DNA of 64,000 bases, from assembly GCF_013122565.1 (NCBI RefSeq), contig NZ_CP053258.1. One strand, given 5' to 3'. The DNA is from Escherichia coli. Lineage in GTDB: Bacteria; Pseudomonadota; Gammaproteobacteria; Enterobacterales; Enterobacteriaceae. The notes under the pieces are model-generated. The model worked only from the letters and a program-made list of their open reading frames with translations. It made no database searches and had not been told where the DNA came from. Position 1 is the stretch's first letter; each line of letters starts with the position of its first letter. Positions 25,804 through 36,056 of the stretch are shown here, one piece after another. A program made the position numbers and the translations under genes.

Positions 25804-27629
25804 TGAAATTGCAAAAGCAATTACTGGAAGCTGTGGAGCACAAACAGCTACGCCCGCTGGACGTGCAGTTTGCCCTGACCGTAGCGGGAGATGAACATCC
25901 TGCCGTCACCCTCGCGGCGGCACTATTAAGTCATGATGCCGGAGAGGGACACGTTTGTTTGCCGCTTTCACGACTGGAAAATAACGAGGCGTCGCATCCG
26001 CTGTTGGCGACCTGTGTCAGTGAAATCGGTGAGCTACAAAATTGGGAAGAATGCTTGCTGGCTTCACAAGCGGTCAGCCGGGGAGATGAACCAACGCCGA
26101 TGATCCTCTGTGGCGATCGTCTTTATTTGAATCGCATGTGGTGTAACGAACGTACGGTGGCACGCTTTTTCAACGAAGTGAATCATGCCATTGAGGTTGA
26201 TGAAGCTCTACTGGCGCAAACCCTGGACAAACTTTTTCCAGTAAGCGATGAAATTAACTGGCAAAAAGTTGCGGCGGCAGTGGCGCTGACGCGGCGGATC
26301 TCGGTGATTTCCGGCGGCCCTGGCACCGGTAAAACGACCACCGTGGCGAAGTTGCTGGCAGCGTTAATTCAAATGGCCGACGGCGAACGCTGCCGTATCC
26401 GTCTGGCTGCACCAACGGGTAAAGCTGCCGCGCGCTTAACCGAATCTCTCGGCAAGGCTTTGCGACAGTTACCGCTGAGCGATGAACAAAAGAAACGCAT
26501 TCCGGAAGATGCCAGTACTTTGCACCGATTGCTGGGTGCACAGCCGGGTAGCCAGCGTTTACGTCATCATGCCGGTAACCCGCTGCATCTTGATGTGCTG
26601 GTGGTAGATGAAGCGTCAATGATCGATCTGCCGATGATGTCGAGACTGATAGACGCCTTGCCCGATCATGCGCGAGTGATCTTTCTCGGCGATCGTGATC
26701 AACTGGCCTCGGTTGAGGCGGGGGCTGTGCTGGGCGATATTTGTGCTTATGCCAATGCCGGCTTTACCGCCGAGCGTGCCGGGCAGTTAAGCCGCCTGAC
26801 GGGAACTCACGTTCCGGCAGGAACTGGCACAGAAGCGGCATCTTTGCGCGACAGTCTCTGCCTGCTGCAAAAAAGCTATCGTTTCGGCAGCGATTCTGGC
26901 ATTGGTCAGTTAGCTGCGGCGATCAACCGTGGTGATAAAACGGCAGTGAAAACCGTTTTTCAGCAGGATTTTACTGATATCGAAAAACGGCTTTTACAGA
27001 GCGGCGAAGATTATATTGCGATGCTTGAGGAAGCTCTTGCGGGTTACGGACGTTATCTGGATCTGCTGCAAGCGCGTGCCGAGCCGGATTTAATCATTCA
27101 AGCGTTCAATGAGTACCAGCTTTTGTGCGCCCTGCGGGAAGGGCCGTTTGGCGTGGCTGGACTGAATGAGCGAATTGAGCAGTTTATGCAACAGAAGCGC
27201 AAAATTCATCGTAATCCGCACTCTCGTTGGTACGAAGGCCGACCGGTGATGATTGCCCGTAATGACAGCGCGCTTGGGTTGTTTAATGGCGATATCGGTA
27301 TTGCGCTGGATCGCGGGCAGGGGACGCGCGTCTGGTTTGCGATGCCGGACGGCAATATTAAGTCTGTGCAACCGAGTCGTTTGCCAGAGCACGAAACTAC
27401 GTGGGCGATGACGGTACATAAATCGCAGGGATCGGAGTTCGACCATGCGGCGTTGATTTTGCCGAGCCAACGCACGCCGGTAGTAACGCGAGAGCTGGTT
27501 TATACCGCGGTGACCCGCGCGCGTCGCCGTCTGTCGCTGTATGCCGATGAGCGCATATTAAGTGCGGCAATCGCCACTCGTACTGAGCGGCGCAGTGGTC
27601 TGGCGGCGTTGTTTAGTTCACGGGAATAA
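25803..27629 (+). CDS. recD: Exodeoxyribonuclease V alpha subunit RecD
   Basis: 608 aa; Walker [11 protein letters not shown]; start overlaps the recB stop by 1 nt (TAATG). Confidence 0.93.
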   Translation: MKLQKQLLEAVEHKQLRPLDVQFALTVAGDEHPAVTLAAALLSHDAGEGHVCLPLSRLENNEASHPLLATCVSEIGELQNWEECLLASQAVSRGDEPTPMILCGDRLYLNRMWCNERTVARFFNEVNHAIEVDEALLAQTLDKLFPVSDEINWQKVAAAVALTRRISVISGGPGTGKTTTVAKLLAALIQMADGERCRIRLAAPTGKAAARLTESLGKALRQLPLSDEQKKRIPEDASTLHRLLGAQPGSQRLRHHAGNPLHLDVLVVDEASMIDLPMMSRLIDALPDHARVIFLGDRDQLASVEAGAVLGDICAYANAGFTAERAGQLSRLTGTHVPAGTGTEAASLRDSLCLLQKSYRFGSDSGIGQLAAAINRGDKTAVKTVFQQDFTDIEKRLLQSGEDYIAMLEEALAGYGRYLDLLQARAEPDLIIQAFNEYQLLCALREGPFGVAGLNERIEQFMQQKRKIHRNPHSRWYEGRPVMIARNDSALGLFNGDIGIALDRGQGTRVWFAMPDGNIKSVQPSRLPEHETTWAMTVHKSQGSEFDHAALILPSQRTPVVTRELVYTAVTRARRRLSLYADERILSAAIATRTERRSGLAALFSSRE

Positions 27630-27635
27630 ACGTAA

Positions 27636-27680
27636 TTGCCGGATGCGACGTACGAGTGTTACGCATGTCGCATCCGACGA
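27636..27680. repeat. REP-like palindrome between convergent recD and argA
   Basis: Inverted repeat CGGATGCGAC (27640-27649) / GTCGCATCCG (27667-27676). Confidence 0.6.
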
Positions 27681-27690
27681 TTTTCATCGC

Positions 27691-29022
27691 TTACCCTAAA
27701 TCAGCCATCAACACTTTGGATTTACGCTGGTAGTTGTACAACTGCTTTTTGCTTTCGGGCAGTAAATCAATATCCACTGGGGTAAATCCACGTTCCTGGA
27801 ACCAGTGAATACTGCGCGTGGTCAGCACAAACAATTTGCTTAAGCCGCTCTGCTTCGCCTGAGCGGCAATGCGTTCCAGCAGAACCTCGCCCCGTGATGA
27901 GCTGCGGTAATCCGGGTGAACTGCCACACAGGCCATTTCCCCAATCTTCTCTTCCGGGAACGGATAGAGCGCGGCGCAGGCAATAGTCGTGTTATCGCGC
28001 TGAATAATGGTGAATTTGTCGATTTCCATCTCCAGCTGCTCGCGAGAACGGCGTACCAGAATACCTTGCTGCTCCAGCGGGCGAATCAACTCCAGAATAC
28101 CGCCGATATCGTTGATTGTTGCGCGACGAATCTGCTCGGCGCTTTCCATCACAATCTGCGTACCGATACCGTCGCGTGAGAACAACTCTTGCAACAGCGC
28201 GCCATCTTCCTGATAACTGATTAAATGACAGCGACGCACGCCGCTGCGGCAGGCTTTCACTGCGCCACGCAAAAAGCGCACCGTACCGGAGTTGTAATCG
28301 CCTTTCTCTTCCTGGGCTTCTACCCGCGCTTGTGCTTCGTTAGGGAAAAGTTCGGAGACAATATCACCGTCGTCATTAGTGACGCCCTGGGAAGAGCAAA
28401 AACCAATCATCTTTTCAGCTTTCAGTTTGATGGCCAGTTGAGTGGCAATCTCTTCCGAGGTCAGATTAAAGCTCTCGCCAGTGACTGAAACAGCGACCGG
28501 CCCCATTAGCACTATTGCACCGCTGTCCAGTTGACGATGGATCGCGTCTTCATCAATCCGCCGGATACGCCCGCTATGGCAGTAATCCACGCCGTCATCG
28601 ACGCCCAGCGGCTGGGCAATAATAAAATTGCCACTGACGACGTTGATATGCGCGCCCTGCAGCGGCGTGTTATTGAGACTCATCGACAGGCGAGCAGTAA
28701 TATCCAGTTGCAATGTTCCTGCAGCCTGCTTCACTAGTTCCAGTGTTTTGGCGTCGGTCACACGTATATTCTTGTGATACAGCGGTTCGTGGTGATGCGC
28801 AGCCAGATTTGCGTCGATCTGCGGACGTGCGCCATAGACCACCACCAGACGGATGCCGAGGCTGTGCAACAACCCGATATCATTAACGATACTGGAGAAA
28901 TTCTCATGCTCAATGGCTTCACCGCCGAGCATGATGACAAACGTTTTTCCCCGGTGGGTATTGATATAGGGAACCGAATGGCGGAATCCCTCGACCAGCT
29001 CGGTTTTACGTTCCTTTACCAC
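27691..29022 (-). CDS. argA: N-acetylglutamate synthase
   Basis: Start set at a GTG (29020-29022) giving [20 protein letters not shown]..., 443 aa as I recall for ArgA; the track ORF extends 22 codons upstream. Confidence 0.88.
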   Translation of the reverse strand: MVKERKTELVEGFRHSVPYINTHRGKTFVIMLGGEAIEHENFSSIVNDIGLLHSLGIRLVVVYGARPQIDANLAAHHHEPLYHKNIRVTDAKTLELVKQAAGTLQLDITARLSMSLNNTPLQGAHINVVSGNFIIAQPLGVDDGVDYCHSGRIRRIDEDAIHRQLDSGAIVLMGPVAVSVTGESFNLTSEEIATQLAIKLKAEKMIGFCSSQGVTNDDGDIVSELFPNEAQARVEAQEEKGDYNSGTVRFLRGAVKACRSGVRRCHLISYQEDGALLQELFSRDGIGTQIVMESAEQIRRATINDIGGILELIRPLEQQGILVRRSREQLEMEIDKFTIIQRDNTTIACAALYPFPEEKIGEMACVAVHPDYRSSSRGEVLLERIAAQAKQSGLSKLFVLTTRSIHWFQERGFTPVDIDLLPESKKQLYNYQRKSKVLMADLG

Positions 29023-29253
29023 GGCACACCTCTTTGCATGATTATTCGAAATTATTGTATTTTTATTCTGTTTTTTCGCAGGGTGCAAGTGTAAATTTTA
29101 TGCGAGAGCGACTTTTTTATCAGTAATGCCGTGAATATAAAAAGAATGTTTACCGTTTATTAGATGACAGATTATGCGTCTTTCGCTAAAGTTTCCGGTC
29201 AAATTAGTCGTTTACTTGTTACACAGCTTAGATTTCTTTTGCTCGGGAGAGGC

Positions 29254-30507
29254 ATGTCAGGATCCAACACTGCAATCAGCCGTCGTCGTTTACTGCAAGG
29301 CGCGGGCGCCATGTGGCTATTGAGCGTAAGTCAGGTCAGTCTGGCTGCGGTCAGCCAGGTCGTGGCGGTGCGCGTCTGGCCTGCGTCCAGCTACACCCGT
29401 GTGACGGTAGAATCAAATCGTCAGCTGAAATATAAGCAGTTCGCGTTGAGTAACCCGGAACGCGTGGTGGTGGATATCGAAGATGTAAACCTGAACTCGG
29501 TACTCAAGGGGATGGCGGCACAAATTCGTGCAGACGACCCGTTCATCAAGTCGGCGCGCGTCGGGCAATTTGACCCGCAGACCGTACGCATGGTTTTTGA
29601 ATTAAAGCAAAACGTAAAACCGCAGCTGTTTGCCCTTGCGCCGGTCGCCGGGTTTAAAGAGCGTCTGGTGATGGACCTCTATCCGGCCAATGCACAGGAT
29701 ATGCAGGACCCGCTGCTGGCGCTGCTGGAGGATTACAACAAAGGCGACCTCGAAAAGCAGGTGCCGCCAGCGCAAAGTGGTCCACAACCGGGTAAAGCAG
29801 GGCGCGATCGTCCGATTGTCATTATGCTTGACCCTGGCCACGGTGGCGAAGACTCCGGTGCGGTGGGGAAATACAAAACGCGCGAAAAAGATGTGGTATT
29901 GCAAATAGCTCGCCGTTTGCGCTCTCTGATCGAGAAAGAGGGCAATATGAAGGTGTACATGACGCGCAATGAAGACATCTTCATTCCGTTGCAAGTGCGC
30001 GTAGCAAAAGCCCAGAAACAGCGTGCTGACCTGTTTGTCTCTATCCATGCCGACGCCTTTACCAGTCGCCAGCCGAGCGGTTCCTCGGTGTTTGCGCTCT
30101 CAACCAAAGGCGCAACCAGTACTGCGGCAAAATATCTGGCACAAACCCAGAACGCCTCGGACTTGATTGGTGGCGTGAGCAAAAGCGGTGACCGCTATGT
30201 CGACCACACCATGTTCGATATGGTGCAGTCGCTGACCATTGCCGACAGCCTTAAGTTTGGTAAAGCGGTGCTGAATAAGCTCGGTAAAATCAACAAGCTG
30301 CATAAAAATCAAGTTGAACAGGCCGGGTTTGCCGTACTAAAGGCACCAGATATTCCCTCCATTCTGGTCGAAACGGCGTTTATCAGTAACGTTGAGGAAG
30401 AGCGTAAACTGAAAACGGCGACCTTCCAGCAGGAAGTTGCGGAGTCTATTCTTGCGGGGATTAAAGCGTATTTTGCCGATGGGGCGACGCTGGCGAGAAG
30501 GGGATGA
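29254..30507 (+). CDS. amiC: N-acetylmuramoyl-L-alanine amidase AmiC (Tat-exported)
   Basis: Start at [21 protein letters not shown] (twin-arginine signal), ATG 29254; amidase_3 domain; 417 aa. Confidence 0.9.
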
Positions 30508-30682
30508 TGTTTTTAATTTATTCAATGAATTTATGTTTCATTGAATAAATATTATTTACATAAATGTTGAACGATGGTTTTGTGACTGCTGTCGAATATT
30601 TGAATATCGGCTTAAAAAATAAGCCTGCCATCTCTTTTATTAAGCACAATTCCGTGTAAGGTATACGCATTAGTTAATTATC

Positions 30683-30754
30683 TTGTAACTGTTAAATCAG
30701 GCAAGGCAATGTTTGAAGTAATTATTACTTCTGACATGCCTTGCCTTTTTTTTT
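30683..30754 (+). promoter_or_regulatory. RAT-like sequence overlapping an intrinsic terminator (antitermination leader)
   Basis: TCTTGTAACTGTTAAATCAGGCAAGGCAA resembles bgl/sac RAT elements (TTGTTACTG...CAGGCAAAACC); it overlaps the 5' arm of a long imperfect hairpin (30698-30746) followed by a 9-T run; RBS GGAG and ATG 30766 follow immediately. Confidence 0.6.
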
Positions 30755-30765
30755 GGAGCCATGGA

Positions 30766-31590
30766 ATGATCATCGAAAAAGTCATGAACAATAATTGTGT
30801 ACAGGCATCGGTGAACGGACAGGAGGTTATCATTTCTGGGCCTGGCGTTGGTTACAATAAAAAATATGGTATGTCGGTCCCTGAACATCCTGCAAACCGG
30901 ATTTTTTATGTCAGAAATGAGCAAAAAAATAAACTCTACAAATTGATTGAGCATGTGGGTATTGAGTATATTTTTGTTGCCGAAAAGATAGTGCATTATG
31001 CGGAGAGTAATCTCGAAAAAAAACTCAATCCATCGCTACTACTGATTCTTGCTGATCACATTTCGAATGCAATATCCCGAGTCGTCTCAGGCATACAAAT
31101 TAATAATGTTTTCCTTGAGGAAATCAAAGCGTTGTACAAAGCAGAGTATGCAATAAGTCGTGATGCATTAACAATCATTAATGAGCAATTTAGCGTTCAA
31201 CTACCGGATGATGAGATTGGTTTTATAGCATTGCATATTTTAAATAATTATGAGAATTCAGTTGATTATGAATCAGTACGGATTATTGAGCTGTCTCAAA
31301 AAATCACGGAGCTTATTGAAGTAGTTTATAACAGAAGAGTGGACAGAAGTTCATTTAACTACTCCAGATTTATGATGCACCTTAAATATTTTTCTAGTCG
31401 TGTGTTATGTAATGAAAAAATAAAACAGAAAAATATTGGTGATATCTATGAGCAGTTTCTTGAAAAAGATTTTCAGTTACAACGTGCCATTCATGAAATT
31501 GAAAGATATCTGTACGCAACTTTTAAATATGATTTGATTCTGGAAGAAAAACTATATCTTTCTATTCGCATCAAAGTATTAATGGACTAA
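30766..31590 (+). CDS. BglG/LicT-family transcription antiterminator (CAT RNA-binding domain plus two PRD domains)
   Basis: Start at MIIEKVMNNNCVQASVNGQEVIISGPGVGY (CAT-domain pattern) with RBS GGAG 8 nt upstream; PRD-like histidines (LILADHISN, IALHILNN); about 274 aa; AT-rich codon usage. Confidence 0.75.
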   Translation: MIIEKVMNNNCVQASVNGQEVIISGPGVGYNKKYGMSVPEHPANRIFYVRNEQKNKLYKLIEHVGIEYIFVAEKIVHYAESNLEKKLNPSLLLILADHISNAISRVVSGIQINNVFLEEIKALYKAEYAISRDALTIINEQFSVQLPDDEIGFIALHILNNYENSVDYESVRIIELSQKITELIEVVYNRRVDRSSFNYSRFMMHLKYFSSRVLCNEKIKQKNIGDIYEQFLEKDFQLQRAIHEIERYLYATFKYDLILEEKLYLSIRIKVLMD

Positions 31591-31621
31591 TTATACATAA
31601 CATTTTCATGAGATAACCCGT

Positions 31622-33202
31622 ATGAAACAAAAGAAAGCCTGGAGTTTTTTTCAGAGCCTGGGGAAGGCATTTATGTATCCCATCGCTCTGTTAAGTGTAT
31701 GTGGTATGATGTTAGGGCTGGGAAGTGGTTTAGCCAGCGATGATATGGCAAAATTAATTCCAGTGTTGGCTATTCCGTTAATTAAAACCATACTTGATTT
31801 TATTGTTAGCCTTGGTTTGTTTGCCTTCGTTAATTTACCTGTATTGTTTGCGATAGCTATACCTTTGGGATTATTAAAAGAGAAAGATGATAAAGCCTAT
31901 GGCGCTTTTTCTGGCTTAATTGGCTTTATGGCGATGCATCTTGGAACGAACTTTTATCTTAAACAGCACGACTTATTGGTAGCTGCTGACCAAATGTCGA
32001 CACATGGGCAAACCATCATACTCGGGATCCAGTCATACAATACCAGCGTGTTGGGTGGGATTGTGGCAGGGTTATTAGTCGCCAGCATGTATAAAAAGAT
32101 CGTTAACTTACGTATTCCTGAATCATTAGGGTTTTATAGTGGCCCACGCCTGGTGCCTATCATTACACTGATTGTGATGAGTGGATTTGGTCTGATCATT
32201 CCTTTTATCTGGCCGCCATTTTTCAATCTTTTCATGCTCATTGGTCACTGGATTTCAACTTCCGGTCCTGTTGGTTATTTCTTCTATGCTGTTGCCGAAC
32301 GCGTGACGATACCTTTTGGCTTAAATCACTTGGTGACATCAGTTTTCCGCTTTACCCCAATCGGCGGATCGGCAGTGATTGGCGGTGAAGAGTATTACGG
32401 CACCCTGAACATGTTTATGGCATACGTCAAAGAGAATGCGGTCATTCCGCTGGATTTGGCGGGGAAAATGGAGCAGGGCAAACTGATGATTCAGTATGGT
32501 CTGGCTGGAGCCGCGCTGGCGATGTATCGCACTGCTCATGCTCAAAACAGAAGGGCTATCAAAGCATTGCTGATTTCCGGTGTGCTCACGGTAATTATTG
32601 GCGGCGTCAGCGAGCCGATTGAATTTCTGTTCTTATTTGTCAGCCCGCTGTTGTTTGTCTTCCATGCCTTTATGAATGGATTGGCTAACATGGTTCTGCC
32701 ATATATGGGCGTGAAGATGGGCTTTACTGGCGATCTGATTCAATTTATTAGCTTTGGTGTCTTACGTGGCACAAGAACGGGATGGCCATTAGCGGTATGT
32801 GTTGAAGTGGCTTATTTCTTCATTTATTACTTTGTGTTCCGTTGGACCATTCTCAAATTTAACCTGATGACTGTAGGCCGTGAAGAGTCCAGTCCTGTCA
32901 CGCTGAACGCTCACGAAGAAACTGCAATAGCTAACATCCCAGTTCATGATAAATCAGAGTTGCAGGCAGCGGAGCAAATGGTTAAGGCTCTGGGTGGTAA
33001 AGAAAATATTAAATCACTGGATAATTGTGTAACTCGTTTGCGTTTAACTATCGCGGATATGGGATTGATAGATGAGGCTGCAATAAAAAGGGCCGGAGGA
33101 ATTGCGGTTGTGAAACTTGATCAAAATACCTTACAAGTCATTATCGGTACAAAAGTCATCGCACTACGTCGGGATATGGATAACTACATGGGGATATGTT
33201 GA
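31622..33202 (+). CDS. PTS EIICB component, glucose/maltose (MalX-like) family
   Basis: 526 aa; N-terminus FFQSLGKAFMYPIALLSVCGMMLGLGS and C-terminal EIIB motif SLDNCVTRLRL closely resemble MalX/PtsG as I remember them; no EIIA domain. Confidence 0.8.
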   Translation: MKQKKAWSFFQSLGKAFMYPIALLSVCGMMLGLGSGLASDDMAKLIPVLAIPLIKTILDFIVSLGLFAFVNLPVLFAIAIPLGLLKEKDDKAYGAFSGLIGFMAMHLGTNFYLKQHDLLVAADQMSTHGQTIILGIQSYNTSVLGGIVAGLLVASMYKKIVNLRIPESLGFYSGPRLVPIITLIVMSGFGLIIPFIWPPFFNLFMLIGHWISTSGPVGYFFYAVAERVTIPFGLNHLVTSVFRFTPIGGSAVIGGEEYYGTLNMFMAYVKENAVIPLDLAGKMEQGKLMIQYGLAGAALAMYRTAHAQNRRAIKALLISGVLTVIIGGVSEPIEFLFLFVSPLLFVFHAFMNGLANMVLPYMGVKMGFTGDLIQFISFGVLRGTRTGWPLAVCVEVAYFFIYYFVFRWTILKFNLMTVGREESSPVTLNAHEETAIANIPVHDKSELQAAEQMVKALGGKENIKSLDNCVTRLRLTIADMGLIDEAAIKRAGGIAVVKLDQNTLQVIIGTKVIALRRDMDNYMGIC

Positions 33203-34410
33203 TGGATATTTTTAATACCTCAATTTCTCGTAAAGGAACATATTGCACACAATGGGACTTTTGTGAAGACAGATTTGGTGTAAAAGATGTATTACCATTC
33301 TCTATTTCAGATATGGATCTTCCGATACCGGAAGCTATCATCAGAACATTAAAAAAACGTCTGGAACACCCGATTTTAGGGTACAGTCGTTGGCAGCATG
33401 ATGACTATCTGAATTCGATAGTCAATTGGTATCATCAACAATATAAAACAGAGATTCAACCAGAATGGATCACCTATAGCCCAAGCGTGATGTATTCAAT
33501 ATCTAAGGCAATAGAAATATTGACATTGAATGGAGATAATATTCTCATTTTCACGCCTGTTTATAACGCATTTTATGATGTGATTAAGCATAATGGTCGA
33601 AACATGCTAACAACCTCTTTGATGAAAGAAAATGGGAGAGGCTACGTTATCAACTGGCAAGACTTTGAGCTTAAAATTAAAAGCGCGAAGATGGTGTTAT
33701 TATGTAATCCTCATAACCCGACAGGAACGGTCTGGTCGGAAGACGATCTTCACAGAATCGCAGCATGCTGTGCAAGGCATAATATTTGGTTATGTTCAGA
33801 TGAAATACATAGTGATTTTGTTTTTAATCATAGTTTCACGTCAGCGCTAACAATAAAAGATGACAAAGTGGTGGTGTTTAATTCGATTTCGAAAACATTT
33901 AATGTTCCTGCGCTAACCGGATCATATATGATTTCAACTGACGATAATTTTAATCATAAGTTCAGAACGATATCGAGGTATCGCGATTTTGTAAACTCCC
34001 CATCAGTACTGAATGTAATTGCGACCATTGTTGCCTATAATGAATGTGAAGAATGGTTAAAGTCATTAAAGGTACATATTGCCTCTAACATTCAATTTAC
34101 CTTGCAGTATTTAAATGAAAATATTCCGGAATTGATCGTATGGCCAGCTGAGGGCTGCTATTTTTCGTGGGTTGATTGCTCGGCCCTTGGTTATCCCTTT
34201 GATAAATTTTACCGTCGATTAATTAACGAAGGGAGAGTAGGTATTATGGCGGGGCATGTTTATGGTACTGAAGGAGAGGGCTATCTGCGTCTTAATCTGG
34301 CCTGCAGTCGAGAAAAATTATATATGGGGCTTGCGCGCCTTGCGAGTGTAATTAAAAATATTAATCAGGAAAAAGAAAATGAACAATACGGATCTTATCC
34401 ATCTTATTAA
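33202..34410 (+). CDS. PLP-dependent C-S lyase / aminotransferase class I-II, MalY/PatB-like
   Basis: N-terminus GTYCTQWDF..DRFG..DVLPFSISDMD closely parallels MalY (GTWCTQWDY..DRFG..LLPFTISDMD); start taken at ATG 33202 (TGATG overlap with the PTS stop, GGGGA 7 nt upstream); alternative ATG at 33196. Confidence 0.78.
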   Translation: MDIFNTSISRKGTYCTQWDFCEDRFGVKDVLPFSISDMDLPIPEAIIRTLKKRLEHPILGYSRWQHDDYLNSIVNWYHQQYKTEIQPEWITYSPSVMYSISKAIEILTLNGDNILIFTPVYNAFYDVIKHNGRNMLTTSLMKENGRGYVINWQDFELKIKSAKMVLLCNPHNPTGTVWSEDDLHRIAACCARHNIWLCSDEIHSDFVFNHSFTSALTIKDDKVVVFNSISKTFNVPALTGSYMISTDDNFNHKFRTISRYRDFVNSPSVLNVIATIVAYNECEEWLKSLKVHIASNIQFTLQYLNENIPELIVWPAEGCYFSWVDCSALGYPFDKFYRRLINEGRVGIMAGHVYGTEGEGYLRLNLACSREKLYMGLARLASVIKNINQEKENEQYGSYPSY

Positions 34411-34975
34411 ACATTTTATGCGTAACGAACATAAAGCAGTAGAAGAGGTTATTGATTCCCCCCTTTCGGAAGTCGCGAATTTAATTAAAATATTACAATC
34501 TTGCCAGGGAAAAGTTGTTTTTATTGGTGTTGGGAAATCTGGCATTATTGCCAGAAAACTTGCTGCAACATTTGCCAGCACCGGAACTCCCTCGTTTTTT
34601 GTTCACGGTACGGAAGCGGTACACGGCGACCTTGGGATGGTGGCGAAAGACGATGTTGTTATTCTTATTTCAAACAGTGGTGAGACGGCGGAAATCCTGG
34701 CGACACTGCCTAGTTTGAAAAAAATGGGTAATTATTTGATCTCTTTTACCCGCAGTCATCACTCATCGCTTGCGATAAGTTGTGATTTATCTGTTGAAAT
34801 CCCCGTCAAAAGTGAGGCGGATAATTTAGGTTTAGCACCGTCATGCTCGTCTACTGTTGTTCTGGTTGTTGGTGATGCGGTGGCGCTTGCACTCTCTGAA
34901 TTGAAAAAATTTACTCGTGCTGATTTCGGCTTATATCATCCAGGAGGTGCACTCGGCATTAAAGCAAATTCATAA
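34379..34975 (+). CDS. SIS-domain sugar-phosphate isomerase (KdsD/GutQ-type SIS without CBS domains; candidate arabinose-5-phosphate isomerase)
   Basis: 198 aa; VFIGVGKSGIIARKLAATFASTGTPSFFVHGTEAVHGDLGMV matches the N-terminal SIS domain of arabinose-5-P isomerases; no CBS tail; RBS AGGA upstream; overlaps the upstream gene by 32 nt. Confidence 0.75.
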   Translation: MNNTDLIHLIKHFMRNEHKAVEEVIDSPLSEVANLIKILQSCQGKVVFIGVGKSGIIARKLAATFASTGTPSFFVHGTEAVHGDLGMVAKDDVVILISNSGETAEILATLPSLKKMGNYLISFTRSHHSSLAISCDLSVEIPVKSEADNLGLAPSCSSTVVLVVGDAVALALSELKKFTRADFGLYHPGGALGIKANS

Positions 34976-35046
34976 TTTCAAAGTATAAATACAGTAACCG
35001 GTCACGCCATCTTTTGGGGTGGCGTTCATTGAAGTGAGTGTCAGCT

Positions 35047-35994
35047 ATGAAAAATGTTCTGGTCACCGTCCCCAGCTTTTCAGCACGCTGTGTTTCCGCC
35101 AGCAAGTTGCTAAGAGAGAATAATTTTAACCTTATTATTAAGAATAATGTGGAGCATCTGCTTAAATCAGAATCCACTGCATTACGAGAATCTATTTGCG
35201 CGGTCATCGCCGGAAAAGATTGTTACCAGGCGGACACGCTATCATTGCTGCCTGGTGTGAGAATAATATCGAGATTCGGGACGGGGATAGATAATATTGA
35301 TCTTCGTGCAGCACAACAATCCGGTATTGTAGTCAATAATGCGGTTGGGATTAATTCAAATGCTGTCGCGGAATTTATCATTGGACTTATCTTCGCGAGC
35401 ATGAGAAATATTCCTGGCAGCTATCATGCGATGCAAAATGGCTACTGGGGTGAGTCGCATGGCTATGAATTACAAGGCAAACGGATTGGCCTGGTTGGCT
35501 ACGGCAATATAGGTAAAACCCTGGCAAAAAGGTTATCCGGTTTTGATGTTGAGCTTTTAGCTTATGACAAACAACCCGATTATCAGGTTGCTGACAAAGT
35601 TGGAGTTCAGTTTGTATCAATTGAAGATATCTTTATGCAGTCGCATGTCATCATTGTTCTTTTGCCTTTTTCTCCTGAGCTGGAGAACTTCATTAGTCAT
35701 AAATATTTGTCGATGATGCGCAATGGTGCTCTAATCATCAATGCCGCAAGGGGAAAGTTGCTGGATGAGGGCGCTTTACTACAGGTGATTGAAGAACGAA
35801 ATGTGTTTGCGGCGCTGGATGTGTTTAGCTCTGAACCGTTGGCGCAATTTAGCCCACTGCTACATGCCAAAAATATCATTACAACGCCGCATATTGCGGC
35901 CGCCACCGTTGAGTCATACCAGCAAACCGGTACACACGTTGCCCAGTCGATAATTGATTACTTCGCAGGAAGGGAGATAAAAAACGTGTTGTGA
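35047..35994 (+). CDS. D-isomer-specific 2-hydroxyacid dehydrogenase (NAD-binding)
   Basis: About 315 aa; Rossmann motif GLVGYGNIGKTLAKR; family-typical TTPHIAAAT near the C-terminus; alternative GTG start at 35038. Confidence 0.75.
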   Translation: MKNVLVTVPSFSARCVSASKLLRENNFNLIIKNNVEHLLKSESTALRESICAVIAGKDCYQADTLSLLPGVRIISRFGTGIDNIDLRAAQQSGIVVNNAVGINSNAVAEFIIGLIFASMRNIPGSYHAMQNGYWGESHGYELQGKRIGLVGYGNIGKTLAKRLSGFDVELLAYDKQPDYQVADKVGVQFVSIEDIFMQSHVIIVLLPFSPELENFISHKYLSMMRNGALIINAARGKLLDEGALLQVIEERNVFAALDVFSSEPLAQFSPLLHAKNIITTPHIAAATVESYQQTGTHVAQSIIDYFAGREIKNVL

Positions 35995-36020
35995 GTTCAG
36001 CGAACGAAGTTTTTAAATAC

Positions 36021-36056
36021 AAAAAAACCGCAATTTGTGGAACACATTGCGGTTTA
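36021..36056 (-). terminator. Intrinsic terminator downstream of tRNA-fMet (minus strand)
   Basis: Minus-strand hairpin AACCGCAAT / ATTGCGGTT followed by a 7-T run, immediately 3' of the tRNA. Confidence 0.6.
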
